Assembly (NCBI GenBank): GCA_041650895.1
Contig: JBAZKF010000001.1
Location: forward strand, 273,685 to 337,684
Reading direction: 5' to 3'
DNA length: 64,000 nucleotides
Source of the DNA: Patescibacteria group bacterium
Lineage (GTDB): Bacteria; Patescibacteriota; Patescibacteriia; 2-01-FULL-39-33
Shown here: one piece after another, positions 29,218-39,319 of the stretch
Layout of the letters: every line of letters begins with the position of its first letter
Numbering within the stretch: the stretch's first letter is position 1
The notes under the pieces: generated by a model
Seen by the model: only the letters and a program-made list of their open reading frames with translations
What the model was told of the DNA's origin: nothing
The model's database searches: none
Position numbers and translations under genes: made by a program

Positions 29218-29538
29218 ATGATTGACACTTTGGAAAAAATCATTATCGCCAAAGGATTTCTGAAGAAACTAATTAGTCTTAAATACTGGGATAAGCTTTT
29301 TGATAATCATGGGATGCCGGAGATTGAGGGTATCAACGGTAACGGATCAGAGAAAAAACTTTCCATTTTAGCCGAAGCGTGCGTTAATCATCTCAATCAT
29401 TTTTGCGGATTAACATGTCCAACAGGAGTTCCAACTATTCAGCAGATTACTCTTTTGATCACTGAAAGTCGAAAGATTATAGCGGCGGCAGAATCAGCCA
29501 TACCAGGAAATCCAACCGAAGAGGAGAAAAAATCGTGA
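29218..29538 (+). CDS. Small protein, paralog A of a tandem three-member family
   Basis: Shared N-terminal motif M-[IV]-x-T-[LM]-[DE]-[KQ]-[IV]-x-[IL]-[AI]-K with the next two ORFs. Confidence 0.5.
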   Translation: MIDTLEKIIIAKGFLKKLISLKYWDKLFDNHGMPEIEGINGNGSEKKLSILAEACVNHLNHFCGLTCPTGVPTIQQITLLITESRKIIAAAESAIPGNPTEEEKKS

Positions 29539-29840
29539 TTACCACATTAGATCAGGTCAGATTGATAAAACGGTATATTTTCAGGATACGGAATTTATTT
29601 ACTACTGGACAATTAATAGAGATAAAGACTACTCAACAATACACAAGCGAAGCTCTTATGATTATTAATCATTTGGAGGACTTGCTTGGTAGGAATAGTG
29701 ATGGCAGTATAATGTGCGAGGGATGTTTCCTAACCCACAAACCGCCTAACACCGAAAACTTCTCAGCCTGGATTGATTTTATCCAGCCTTTTATTGACAA
29801 TGCTCTATTTCCTATACTGGAAGAACAAAAGTATCACTGA
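29535..29840 (+). CDS. Small protein, paralog B (start overlaps the stop of A: ATGA)
   Basis: 'MITTLDQVRLIKRYIFRI' N-terminus paralogous to A and C; 4-nt overlap suggests translational coupling. Confidence 0.5.
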   Translation: MITTLDQVRLIKRYIFRIRNLFTTGQLIEIKTTQQYTSEALMIINHLEDLLGRNSDGSIMCEGCFLTHKPPNTENFSAWIDFIQPFIDNALFPILEEQKYH

Positions 29841-29889
29841 TAGTACTAATTAAAAGCCGCATTAAACCTTCAACCGAAAAGGAAAAAAA

Positions 29890-30219
29890 ATGGTCACCAC
29901 GATGGATCAGATAACGATTGCTAAGCATCTCCTAAGATCTTTACAAAGAATGGCAAGCATTCAATTAGATTATGAGAAAAGAGATGCTTACCAACCAGAT
30001 TATGACAAGCTGATAATATCTTCAACCTCCGGCAATGGCAAACGTTTATCAGAAAATGCCTACCTGTGTGTCAAATTGATTGAAAGCATAATCCTGTCAG
30101 ATCAAAATGGTAAAGCTTTAATAGCTAGACTTAGCGAAAAATCAAATGCTACGAGCATTGATATGGAACATTACAATGAATGGGCCTTGCAAGTGGGTTG
30201 GTTGTTATCCGTCATGTAA
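29890..30219 (+). CDS. Small protein, paralog C
   Basis: 'MVTTMDQITIAKHLLRSL' N-terminus paralogous to A and B; SD 'aaaaggaaaaaaa' upstream. Confidence 0.5.
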   Translation: MVTTMDQITIAKHLLRSLQRMASIQLDYEKRDAYQPDYDKLIISSTSGNGKRLSENAYLCVKLIESIILSDQNGKALIARLSEKSNATSIDMEHYNEWALQVGWLLSVM

Positions 30220-30287
30220 AAACACCAATAAAACCCAGCAGTACCTTATGGCAATCCGACGACTCACCTTGTCGGATTTTTATTTTC

Positions 30288-31445
30288 CTATAATCCGATA
30301 CTGCGCCTAAACACGCTGATAATCTTCGCGCCGTATCTGATAATATCGCGATAAGTAATAATCACGATAAGCAACATCAACAACAGGAAACCGACATTAT
30401 GCGACAAGTTCTCCCATTTACTATTGACCGCTTTACCGCGAATTTTCTCCACGATCAGAAACATTATTCTACCGCCGTCCAAGGCCGGAAACGGCAAAAT
30501 ATTAATAATGGCCAGATTCAAGGACAATAAGGCAACGAATTGCAATACGTAAATCCAACCCATTTTGGCCGCTTGGCCGGTCATCACTGCAATGCCGACC
30601 GGACCGGCGAAATCCAATCCCATGGACGGCCCGCCGAATAACTGCCGAACCAAGCCCACCACCGCCAAAACAATCAAAACCAGCCACTGCCAAGTCATCA
30701 CGAGACCGTGCCATAAAGCCAAATGCAAAGGATAACGCACCACGCCGACATCCATAATGCCAATGCCGATACCGGTAATACCGTCTTTTTGCACAATCGC
30801 GATATCTTTTTCCAATTGCGCATTGTCGCGCTCAATTGTGATTTTAGCGGTTTGACCGACTAACTGGCTAAAATTATCCTTAAGCGCTTGCGAAGAGGTG
30901 ATTTCTACTCCGTTAACCTTGGCTATGACATCTCCCGGCTTGACATCGCTCCCAACAGCCGGCATATCTGGCAGAATCTCCGTTACTTGCACTTGCGGCG
31001 CAGACACGAATTTTCCGCCCTGATTGTCCTCCACCGCCGAAGGCATGCCGATGGCAAATCCCAACGCTAAAGCCAGAACGCACAAAACCAGGTTCATGGT
31101 TACGCCGGCGGCCAAGACGATATTCCTTTGCCAGATCGGCTTATGGCCGAAACTGTTAGACTCTCCCGCTTGGTCGCCATTTTCGCCCTTAATTTTGACA
31201 AATCCACCAACCGGAATCCAATTAATAGAATAAATCATCGGCTCATCCGGAGTAATCTCCCGATTACCCCAAATCAACCGCCAACGCCCTTGATATTTCT
31301 GCCAGCCGACAGCACGTGGCGGCAAGCCCATACCGAATTCTTCGCACTTAATGCCGAATCCCCGCGCCGTCAAAAAATGCCCCAACTCGTGGACAAATAC
31401 CAATAGGGATAAAATTAGGATAAATATAATAATCGTTAGTAACAT
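30288..31445 (-). CDS. rseP: Site-2 protease RseP (M50 zinc metalloprotease with PDZ domain)
   Basis: 'HELGHF' HExxH in TM1, PDZ-like central domain, C-terminal 'NLAIINILPFPALDGG' (LDG motif). Confidence 0.85.
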   Translation of the reverse strand: MLLTIIIFILILSLLVFVHELGHFLTARGFGIKCEEFGMGLPPRAVGWQKYQGRWRLIWGNREITPDEPMIYSINWIPVGGFVKIKGENGDQAGESNSFGHKPIWQRNIVLAAGVTMNLVLCVLALALGFAIGMPSAVEDNQGGKFVSAPQVQVTEILPDMPAVGSDVKPGDVIAKVNGVEITSSQALKDNFSQLVGQTAKITIERDNAQLEKDIAIVQKDGITGIGIGIMDVGVVRYPLHLALWHGLVMTWQWLVLIVLAVVGLVRQLFGGPSMGLDFAGPVGIAVMTGQAAKMGWIYVLQFVALLSLNLAIINILPFPALDGGRIMFLIVEKIRGKAVNSKWENLSHNVGFLLLMLLIVIITYRDIIRYGAKIISVFRRSIGL

Positions 31446-31548
31446 AAAATTATAAAATTGGAAGTCGAAAGTTTTTAAGGTTGAGATTGTAATTCAACGG
31501 GTTCCTACGACTTTTCCTTTGAGGACTTTATAGACTTTGGACTTATAA

Positions 31549-32100
31549 CTACACCGTCATTATTTCTTCTTCTTTTTTCTCCACCAAACCCTTGACTTCC
31601 TCATTATACTTGCCCACCGTCTTATCCAATTCCTCCAATAAGCGGAATCTCTCATCTTCGCCGAATTCTTTATCTTCCTCGGCCGCTTCAATCTTCCCCT
31701 TAACTTGATCGCGCTCCAAACGAATAGTAATCTTGGCCTGCTCCGCTTTCTGATGCAACAACTTGACTGTATCACGCCTGGTTTCCTCGGTCATCACCGG
31801 CAGAGAAATCCTGATTCTTTCGCCCTCATTTGACGGCGATAAATTAAGATTTGATTCCAAGATAGCCTTTTCAATATCCTTGACAATGCTTTTGTCCCAA
31901 GGCTGGATCAAAAGCGATCGGGAATCGCCAATAGTGACGGAAGCGACTTGGTTTAGGGGCATAAGCGTACCGTAATTCTGCACTCTAACCCCGTCTAAAA
32001 TCGCCGGATTAGCCCGACCGGTTTTAAGCTGTCCCAACTCCGTCTTAAAATGGTCAACGACTTTTATAAACTCATTTTTGTGATCATCGATGATACTCAT
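31549..32100 (-). CDS. frr: Ribosome recycling factor
   Basis: Full-length match to the Frr pattern (ELGQLKTGRANPAILDGVRVQNYG...). Confidence 0.92.
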   Translation of the reverse strand: MSIIDDHKNEFIKVVDHFKTELGQLKTGRANPAILDGVRVQNYGTLMPLNQVASVTIGDSRSLLIQPWDKSIVKDIEKAILESNLNLSPSNEGERIRISLPVMTEETRRDTVKLLHQKAEQAKITIRLERDQVKGKIEAAEEDKEFGEDERFRLLEELDKTVGKYNEEVKGLVEKKEEEIMTV

Positions 32101-32205
32101 AAAATATTAGTTAAAAATTTGTAAAGTTATAGAGCTTATAAAATCAAAATCTCAAAATAATTAATTAAACTTTTGACTTTATACGCTTGGTACTTTGACT
32201 TATAG

Positions 32206-33270
32206 TTATTGTTGAGCCAGTTCCGTCGCCAGATAAACCGTGGCCGGCGTTTCCGGATTAATGATAATAGCCGTGGTCAAGCGGCTATACGGCAATTTGC
32301 GCGATGACCAAGTCTTACCGCCATCAACTGATTTGACCAAAGCTCCTGACGTCGCATAATAAATCTCATTACTGTTTTTAGGATTAACTGCTACTGTTAG
32401 AATCGTAGCGGAACGTTGAGCTGGCAAAAGATCAACGATATTCCAAGTGTTGCCGCCGTCGGAACTCCTAAGCATACCGAATTTAGAGATAAATATCAAT
32501 CCGTTGGGCGTAGCATTATCAATTATTAACTGTTGATATTGCTGACTGCCAATATACGACTTTAGGCCTTCACCCAAAGACCGCCAAGAATCGCCGCTAT
32601 TTGTAGTCTTAAAGATACCTTCTTTATCGGTACCGACATAAACTACTCGGGAATCGCGCGGATCAAACAAGATATCCTTGATTACACCGCCGCTAACGCG
32701 ATAAGATGTTACCCAGGCCTGGCCGGCATTAACACTCTTGAGAATCTCTCCGGCACTGGTGCCCATGAGCATGATATTCGGGCTGACGGGATCGATACTG
32801 ATATCGGTTAGAACCACGTTAGTTTTCTGATGGTAATAAACATTGACGAAATCACGCCCGCAATTATCGGTTTTAAACACATAAGTGTCCAGCAAGACAT
32901 AAAAAACGCACTTGCTCTGCGGACTAACGACGACTTTTCTTATCTTGTCAAATTTTAATTTTTTGAACTGTTGCCAGGAAGCGCCACCGTCAAGCGAGTA
33001 AACAACACCATTTTTTTCCGTACTCAAATACATAGCGGCGGCTTCAGAAGGATCAAGCGAGACCTTCCTGACATCAACCGAAGCGATAGAGGCGACTTTA
33101 CCCTTAGTTGTTGAGACATCATTGGTTTGCATCCAAGTTTTGCCGCTATCGGCTGATTTCCAAATACCGCCATCAGCCGCCTTAACGGTGGTACTGACCG
33201 GAGCGCCAATGGTGCAACCGCCTAAAAAGACAGCTAGCGCCAGAAAAGGAATAAGTTTTTTGACAAGCAT
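32206..33270 (-). CDS. BNR/Asp-box repeat beta-propeller lipoprotein (Ycf48/sialidase-like fold)
   Basis: Lipobox 'LGGCT'; five or more Asp-boxes (SADSGKTW, SLDGGASW, TNSGDSW, SSDGGNTW, SVDGGKTW). Confidence 0.7.
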   Translation of the reverse strand: MLVKKLIPFLALAVFLGGCTIGAPVSTTVKAADGGIWKSADSGKTWMQTNDVSTTKGKVASIASVDVRKVSLDPSEAAAMYLSTEKNGVVYSLDGGASWQQFKKLKFDKIRKVVVSPQSKCVFYVLLDTYVFKTDNCGRDFVNVYYHQKTNVVLTDISIDPVSPNIMLMGTSAGEILKSVNAGQAWVTSYRVSGGVIKDILFDPRDSRVVYVGTDKEGIFKTTNSGDSWRSLGEGLKSYIGSQQYQQLIIDNATPNGLIFISKFGMLRSSDGGNTWNIVDLLPAQRSATILTVAVNPKNSNEIYYATSGALVKSVDGGKTWSSRKLPYSRLTTAIIINPETPATVYLATELAQQ

Positions 33271-33385
33271 ATGTTTAAATTAATTACGAATTTAAAATTA
33301 CAAATTACGAGTTAAAATTAATCAAAAAATCAATAAAATAAAATGCTTCGTTGTTTTATCGTTTTCTTGATCGTTTATTCCATGG

Positions 33386-34474
33386 TTACAAATTTATCAT
33401 TAAATTCTCCAAGATGTTTCTGGAACTGATATTATTATTAAAAAGCTGTTTCAATTCAGTAATCAATCGATCAGCATGCAAAATCCTCTCCCAGCTGATT
33501 TTATCCCTAACCTCATACAATAAAGGCAAAGACGACAAATTGGCCGTATAATATTCACTATTCAGTTTAAGCAGTATCAGATCACGAATGGTCATTTGCC
33601 AGCTTTCCATTAAACGATGAGCACGATCTGAACTGATGGATTCATCCTTATCTGTTTTAAACACTTCATCCAATAATCTCAGACGCTCAATTAATGGCCG
33701 AGGCAAAATTTTCAACAACGAGTCAATTTGTTCTTGCTCTTCACTCAATAATTCCGGATTATTAGCCAGAGTCATGGCCCGGCCCGGCCGGCCTAAAGCC
33801 AAACGCGCGCATCTTTCAGCAATTTCTTCTTCCACCTCTTTTGATAAAAGGTAATCCTTAATTTCATTACGGGCAACCGGTAAAAAATTCAAAATCTGGC
33901 AACGGGAGGCGATGGTTTTGGGCACGGCGGAAATATCGCTGACAATCAAAATGATAATGGTTTTGGCGGTCGGTTCTTCCAAGACTTTCAGGAAGGCGTT
34001 GGCCGAATTTATATTCAACAACTCGGCCTCAGAAATTATCGCCACCTTCCAACCAGATAAAAAACTTCCCTGCGACAATTTATATTTCAACTCGCGGATC
34101 TGATCAATAATAATATCACGCTTCCATTTACCGGTTTTATCGTCTTGAATTCGGCCCAAACGGAAAATATCGGGATGAGTCAAATTGTTGATTTGCCGAC
34201 AAACGGCGCACTCATTGCAGGGCTTGGTCTCCCCGGTGCCATTGCACATCAGAGATTTGATAAACTGATTAGCGATAGTTCCTTTGCCTAAAGCATCCGG
34301 ACCGGTAAAGATATAGGCATGGCCGACACGATTGTTCTTTATGGCCGACTTCAAAAAATCAACGGCCTTTTCCTGACCGCAAATATCCCAAAAATATTGC
34401 ATTTTGCTTCTTTCATTCATAAGCCGATTATAACATAATTCACCAACTTTTAGCAAACTTAGACGGCTGATCAC
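33386..34474 (-). CDS. holB: DNA polymerase III delta-prime subunit
   Basis: AAA+ 'GHAYIFTGPDALGKGT', Zn module 'CNGTGETKPCNECAVCRQI', sensor motifs. Confidence 0.75.
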   Translation of the reverse strand: MISRLSLLKVGELCYNRLMNERSKMQYFWDICGQEKAVDFLKSAIKNNRVGHAYIFTGPDALGKGTIANQFIKSLMCNGTGETKPCNECAVCRQINNLTHPDIFRLGRIQDDKTGKWKRDIIIDQIRELKYKLSQGSFLSGWKVAIISEAELLNINSANAFLKVLEEPTAKTIIILIVSDISAVPKTIASRCQILNFLPVARNEIKDYLLSKEVEEEIAERCARLALGRPGRAMTLANNPELLSEEQEQIDSLLKILPRPLIERLRLLDEVFKTDKDESISSDRAHRLMESWQMTIRDLILLKLNSEYYTANLSSLPLLYEVRDKISWERILHADRLITELKQLFNNNISSRNILENLMINL

Positions 34475-34611
34475 AAGTAGATGTTAAACCCGATAAAAAA
34501 TAAATTTAAATTTACAATTATTTATCTAATTTAAGGCATTTTTAATACTTCACGCTATAGTGTGAAGTATTAAACTTAATATAAACCTTGAAAGTTTAGA
34601 TGGATCTTGGC

Positions 34612-35580
34612 CTATCTCACTCCAATTGTTTTCCTAACTTGCTTCATTTTCTCCTCCGCCAAACCCTCAGCTTTCTTAGCTCCATTGGCTAAAACTTTAT
34701 TTAAATATTTTTCATTTTTAATCAGCTTGAAATATTTATCACGCATCGGCTTAAGATAAGCCATCATATTAGCAAGCAAGATTTCTTTAGATTCCTTATA
34801 GCCAATGCCACCATTTTCATATCTCGATCTTAACTCATTAATCATCTGAGTGGAAAATAACTTATGATAAGCAAAAACATTATCGGCCTCCGGATCTTTT
34901 TTATCTTCTACGCCTTTAGAATCAGTCTTAATACTCATCACCTTTTTCTTGATGGATTCCTCACTCTCAAACAATTCAATTACATTGCCTTTGCTTTTGC
35001 TCATTTTTTCGCCATCAATTCCCCTAACACTCTGACCTTCCCAAATTAAGGCCTTTGGCAACTTAAAAACTTCTTGACTATAGGTATGATTAAACTTTCT
35101 AGCTAAATCAACGGCAATTTCTAAATGCTGTTCCTGATCTTTGCCGACCGGCACCAAATCCGAGCCGTAAATCAAAATATCGGCCGCCATGAGCACCGGG
35201 TAGCAAAACAATCCCATATTAACATCTTTTTTCTTGGCCGCCGCGTCTTTATAAGCATGAGCGCTTTGCAAATAAGAGGGAGTGATTAAAGAATTAAAGA
35301 TCCAATTCAACTCGGTCACTTGCGGCACATCCGACTGTCGAAATAAAACTGTTTTTTTAGGATCTAAGCCAACCGCCAAATAAGCGGCGGTTAGCTCCAA
35401 AGTCAGCTGTTTTATCTCTTGCGGATTATCCGTCATTTGATTTAAGGCATGATAATCAGCGATAAAATTAAAATTCTGGTATTTATCCTGTAAATCCACG
35501 AATTGCTTCATGGCGCCGAAATAATTACCGATATGGACGCGGGCGGTCGGCTTAATGCCGGAAAGTAAAATGGGCTTCAT
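34612..35580 (-). CDS. trpS: Tryptophanyl-tRNA synthetase
   Basis: 'VHIGNYFG' (HIGH) and 'KMSKSKGN' (KMSKS); length 322 aa. Confidence 0.92.
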   Translation of the reverse strand: MKPILLSGIKPTARVHIGNYFGAMKQFVDLQDKYQNFNFIADYHALNQMTDNPQEIKQLTLELTAAYLAVGLDPKKTVLFRQSDVPQVTELNWIFNSLITPSYLQSAHAYKDAAAKKKDVNMGLFCYPVLMAADILIYGSDLVPVGKDQEQHLEIAVDLARKFNHTYSQEVFKLPKALIWEGQSVRGIDGEKMSKSKGNVIELFESEESIKKKVMSIKTDSKGVEDKKDPEADNVFAYHKLFSTQMINELRSRYENGGIGYKESKEILLANMMAYLKPMRDKYFKLIKNEKYLNKVLANGAKKAEGLAEEKMKQVRKTIGVR

Positions 35581-35723
35581 ATCTGATTTTGTTATAAATT
35601 ATAAGTTTATCTTAGCAAATATCGGGTAAAGTGGCAATTATTATAACAAAATTTGTAAAAAATAATACCGCGTGACGTAAATCGCCACGCGGGTTGGGGT
35701 CAAGGTTCAAGGGAGACAAGGGG

Positions 35724-36434
35724 TTAATTTTGGATTGCTTCGCGGACAACCGCGAAACGCCAACGGCCGTGGAAGCCGTGCCCGAGCCTGCGGAGACTGA
35801 GAGAGCGCCTCGCATCGCTCCTGTCGAGATAGGCGAAGAGGCGATAGCCACCAGCCTGCCGCCAGATGGAGCCAAATGCGGCGATCGGAAACGACAACTG
35901 CAAATCGGGAAATGCCGCGCCCAGGGCTAACAACTCCTGAATGAAGGCGAAGCGGTAGCGATAATTCGCTCCTTGGCTCGCCAACCAAGTATTGACTTCT
36001 TGCAGTTTAGCGATAATCAGATCGCCATTTGCGAAATGCTGGTTGAAGTGTAGGAGCTCTACCCTGATCTGGCACTGGCCCAATCCTCTGACCGGGAAAT
36101 TATCAGCGGTGATATCGATGTTTTTCCAATCATAACCGCCGGCGGCGATCATTTGCTCGAGAGTCTGGCTGAAGTCCAGAATGACGTTGTGGGCAGTGAT
36201 CAGATACTGCGACACGATTTGTTTAACGACCCTTTCAGCACCTTTGGCCTTCTGCCAGTGCTGCACCAACAGCTCGGCGATGGCCTTGAGGGTTTCTTTG
36301 CCCTCGGGCTGAGCCAGACGGTAGATGCATTCGCCGACATCTCCTTTAAGATCGCGAATGTAGGCGACCAGGTCAGTTACAATAGAAAGCAAAGCGCCCA
36401 TGGCCGAGATTACTGCTGCTACGTTTTTCTTCAT
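35724..36434 (-). CDS. Hypothetical protein in a GC-rich segment; the C-terminal 40 aa are Arg-rich and may reflect a frameshift or read-through
   Basis: ORF with protein-like composition for about 190 aa then 'RRSLSLRRLGHGFHGRWRFAVVRE'; several competing GC-rich ORFs overlap. Confidence 0.35.
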   Translation of the reverse strand: MKKNVAAVISAMGALLSIVTDLVAYIRDLKGDVGECIYRLAQPEGKETLKAIAELLVQHWQKAKGAERVVKQIVSQYLITAHNVILDFSQTLEQMIAAGGYDWKNIDITADNFPVRGLGQCQIRVELLHFNQHFANGDLIIAKLQEVNTWLASQGANYRYRFAFIQELLALGAAFPDLQLSFPIAAFGSIWRQAGGYRLFAYLDRSDARRSLSLRRLGHGFHGRWRFAVVREAIQN

Positions 36435-36703
36435 GTCCGTTCTCCTTTGGCCAATCCCTCATTCCAGAAATCATCGGAATCCCAGATTAGCCGTTGTCAG
36501 GTACGAATTGGCTCCATCAACATGACGGTTTACCAATATATAATTATATCATATCTAGTAAAATTTATCAATAGATTTATCCACAATATTAATATAATTT
36601 ATCTAAATTTAAATAAAAAAAATGTTTAAAAACTACACCGGCAGATAAGTCTTGGTTATTTTTTTAATTAATTTAAAAAATCCCGATATTATTCGGGGTA
36701 TTT

Positions 36704-37930
36704 TTAATCTTTAATTATTTTATAAATCTCTTCTGCGGTTTTTTGCCAAGAAAATTCCTTGGCCTGATTAAGCCCGCGTGTGATCATTTCCTGCCGCAAA
36801 CTATCATTAGTCAAAAGCTGGGTTATCTTATCGGCAATATCCTCGGCTGAATTGGGCAGGGCGTAAAGCGCGGCCTGACCGCCGACTTCCGTATGCGGCA
36901 ATTGATTGGAGGTTACCACTGGAGTACCCGAAGCCATGGCTTCTAAAATCGGCAAACCGAATCCTTCATACAAAGTAGGAAAAACAAACACGGCAGCATT
37001 GCTGTATAGAGCCGGCATATCTTGATTATCAATGTAACCGGTCAAAATTACTTCGTTCTCCAATTTGGCTTTGCTGATAATGTTTTTTATTTCCTCGTAT
37101 TGATTGCCCGAAGCGCCAGCCAACACCAGCTTCAAATCTTCCTGTTTCATTTTGGCCAAAACAAAGGCCTTAACAATATTGCCGATATTTTTTTTCTTTT
37201 CCAGTCGGCCGACATAAAACAGATAGGGCTTAACGATGCCGTATTTTTTTAAAATGTCATTCTGAACCATCCCCTCCTCATTGTCATTTCGACCGGAGTC
37301 GCCTCCAGGCGACGCAGTGGAGAAATCGCTTGCATTTAATGAAAGGGATTCCTCTCCGCCAGTTGGCGGATCGCTCGGAATGACATCAGCCGAATGATAC
37401 TGCTCGGCGTCAAACCCCAGATAAACCACCTTAATCTTCTCCGGACGGACGCCATAAAGCTCAACGATTTCTTCTTGGGAAAACTGGGAGATGGTGATAA
37501 TCATATTGGCGCGCGCCTTGATGCGCCACATCGTCAGATCGTGATACCACACCTGAATCGGCTTATATAATTCCGGACTACGTTTAAAACCCACATCATG
37601 GACATTAACTACAACTTTAATTGAACGTGGAATAGTCAAAAGCGGAATGGTGTGCGCCGGCACCAGCAAGACATCCGGCGGATTGACTTGCAGTTCCCAC
37701 CACAAGCGCAATTGCGTCCATAAATACTGGGGCGGCCAAGACAAAACCTTAACCTGCCAATTCTGCGGTAAATCATTCAAATCGCCAGTAAGCTTCTTAT
37801 TAGCATAGAGGATAACCTTAACATCGGCAGGAACAATTTTTTTTAATTCCTGAATCAAATGCCAGCTATACCATTCAGTGCCGGTTTTATTGTTTCTATT
37901 GGCGCGGCTGGCGTCAATGCCGATTGTCAT
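36704..37930 (-). CDS. Glycosyltransferase family 1 (GT4-type) with an internal low-complexity insert
   Basis: 'EGFGLPILEAMASGTPVVTS' GT1 signature, Rossmann GT-B halves. Confidence 0.85.
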   Translation of the reverse strand: MTIGIDASRANRNNKTGTEWYSWHLIQELKKIVPADVKVILYANKKLTGDLNDLPQNWQVKVLSWPPQYLWTQLRLWWELQVNPPDVLLVPAHTIPLLTIPRSIKVVVNVHDVGFKRSPELYKPIQVWYHDLTMWRIKARANMIITISQFSQEEIVELYGVRPEKIKVVYLGFDAEQYHSADVIPSDPPTGGEESLSLNASDFSTASPGGDSGRNDNEEGMVQNDILKKYGIVKPYLFYVGRLEKKKNIGNIVKAFVLAKMKQEDLKLVLAGASGNQYEEIKNIISKAKLENEVILTGYIDNQDMPALYSNAAVFVFPTLYEGFGLPILEAMASGTPVVTSNQLPHTEVGGQAALYALPNSAEDIADKITQLLTNDSLRQEMITRGLNQAKEFSWQKTAEEIYKIIKD

Positions 37931-37936
37931 AATTGT

Positions 37937-38290
37937 TTAAACAGATTGTATTTTACTATAGCCGTTAAAATGGACTGAGCTGTCATTATTAAAAACCTCC
38001 TTTATCAAATATTTGCCTTTAGTGAAAACCCTATCGCCGTCTTTAAGATGTGTTGCCTCTAAAATAACAATACTGGCAACGGGCAAAGATAAGTTTTCAT
38101 CTCCTTCAGTCACTAACAATGGCAACTCTCCGTTCAGCCAATAATTACGCTGACCAACTTTCAAGAAATCATAAGCCTTGCCGACTTCCAGCTTTTCTGG
38201 CAAGCACTCTTCTCGCCTTCGCTTACCGGTAATAAATTTATCATGACTTCGTAAAGCCAAATCCGGATTGAATTCAATTGCTATGCCCAT
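37937..38290 (-). CDS. Small PUA/ASCH-like domain protein (tentative)
   Basis: 117 aa, beta-rich; 'GKRRREE...LKVGQ' resembles ASCH arrangement; weak. Confidence 0.35.
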   Translation of the reverse strand: MGIAIEFNPDLALRSHDKFITGKRRREECLPEKLEVGKAYDFLKVGQRNYWLNGELPLLVTEGDENLSLPVASIVILEATHLKDGDRVFTKGKYLIKEVFNNDSSVHFNGYSKIQSV

Positions 38291-38294
38291 AAAA

Positions 38295-39299
38295 TTATTT
38301 TGTCGCCAAGATGCTTCTCTTGTAGCTGTCTAAATTCTCCAACGCAATGCCCGTGCCCTTGGCCACGCAATACAAAGCGTCTTCGGCCACATAGGCCTTA
38401 ATACCGGTTGCTTGGGTGATTAATTTATCAATATTACGCAGTAAACTCGTACCGCCTGACATAGTAATGCCATTAACCGTTACATCAGCCGAAAGCTCCG
38501 GCGGAGTCTCGCTTAAGACTGCCTTAATAGCCGCCACAATTCCTTCTAATTCACTCTGGATGGCTTCGGTCGTGTCGTCAGAGGAAATGCGAATGGTTTT
38601 AGGCAGGCCGGCGATAATATCTCGACCGCGCACATCCATATACATTTTTTCTTTCAGATATAAAGCCGAACCGATATTGATTTTAATTTCCTCGGCTGTA
38701 CGTTCACCTATGGCCATGCCGTACTTACGCCTGACATATTCAATGATCGCCGTGTCCAATCGCGTGCCACCGATTCTCACCGAAGTGGAAGTCACTACTC
38801 CGCCCAAAGAAATAACTGCTACCTCGGAAGTGCCACCGCCGATATCAATAATCATATGACCGGACGGAGAACCAATCGGAATATTAGCGCCGATAGCGGC
38901 GACGATCGGCTCTTTAATAATGTAGGCGGCTTTAGCTCCGGCAGCAATAGCCGCATCAACCACGGCGCGCCGTTCAGTTGAGGTAATACCGGCAGGAACC
39001 GCTATCATCACTTCCGGACGAAGCAAACGAATGCCACCCAAAGCTTTGTTAATAAAATACCTAAGCATCGCCTCGGTAGTTTTGTAATCAGCAATCACGC
39101 CATCACGCAAAGGCCGTTGAGCGATAATTGTATCCGGCGTACGTCCTAGCATTTCCTTAGCTTCAATACCAACAGCAATAACCTTGCGGTCTAAGGCGGA
39201 AATCGCCACCACTGATGGTTCATTTATTACTACTCCTTTCTTGGGTACATAAACCAAAATATTAGTCGTGCCCAAATCAATGCCGATTTTTCTAGCCAT
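38295..39299 (-). CDS. mreB: Second MreB/Mbl-like actin homolog
   Basis: 'IGIDLGTTNILVYV', 'IDIGGGTSEVAVIS'; paralog of the 26351-27385 product. Confidence 0.88.
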   Translation of the reverse strand: MARKIGIDLGTTNILVYVPKKGVVINEPSVVAISALDRKVIAVGIEAKEMLGRTPDTIIAQRPLRDGVIADYKTTEAMLRYFINKALGGIRLLRPEVMIAVPAGITSTERRAVVDAAIAAGAKAAYIIKEPIVAAIGANIPIGSPSGHMIIDIGGGTSEVAVISLGGVVTSTSVRIGGTRLDTAIIEYVRRKYGMAIGERTAEEIKINIGSALYLKEKMYMDVRGRDIIAGLPKTIRISSDDTTEAIQSELEGIVAAIKAVLSETPPELSADVTVNGITMSGGTSLLRNIDKLITQATGIKAYVAEDALYCVAKGTGIALENLDSYKRSILATK

Positions 39300-39319
39300 A
39301 ATAATCTATAATAAACCTC

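Noticed and set aside
35612-35988. Cluster of small overlapping ORFs on both strands
   Set aside because: GC-rich segment keeps several frames open; all overlap the 3' part of the 35724-36434 ORF; none convincing.
38416-38859. 147-aa + strand ORF inside the second mreB
   Set aside because: Antisense to a conserved gene.
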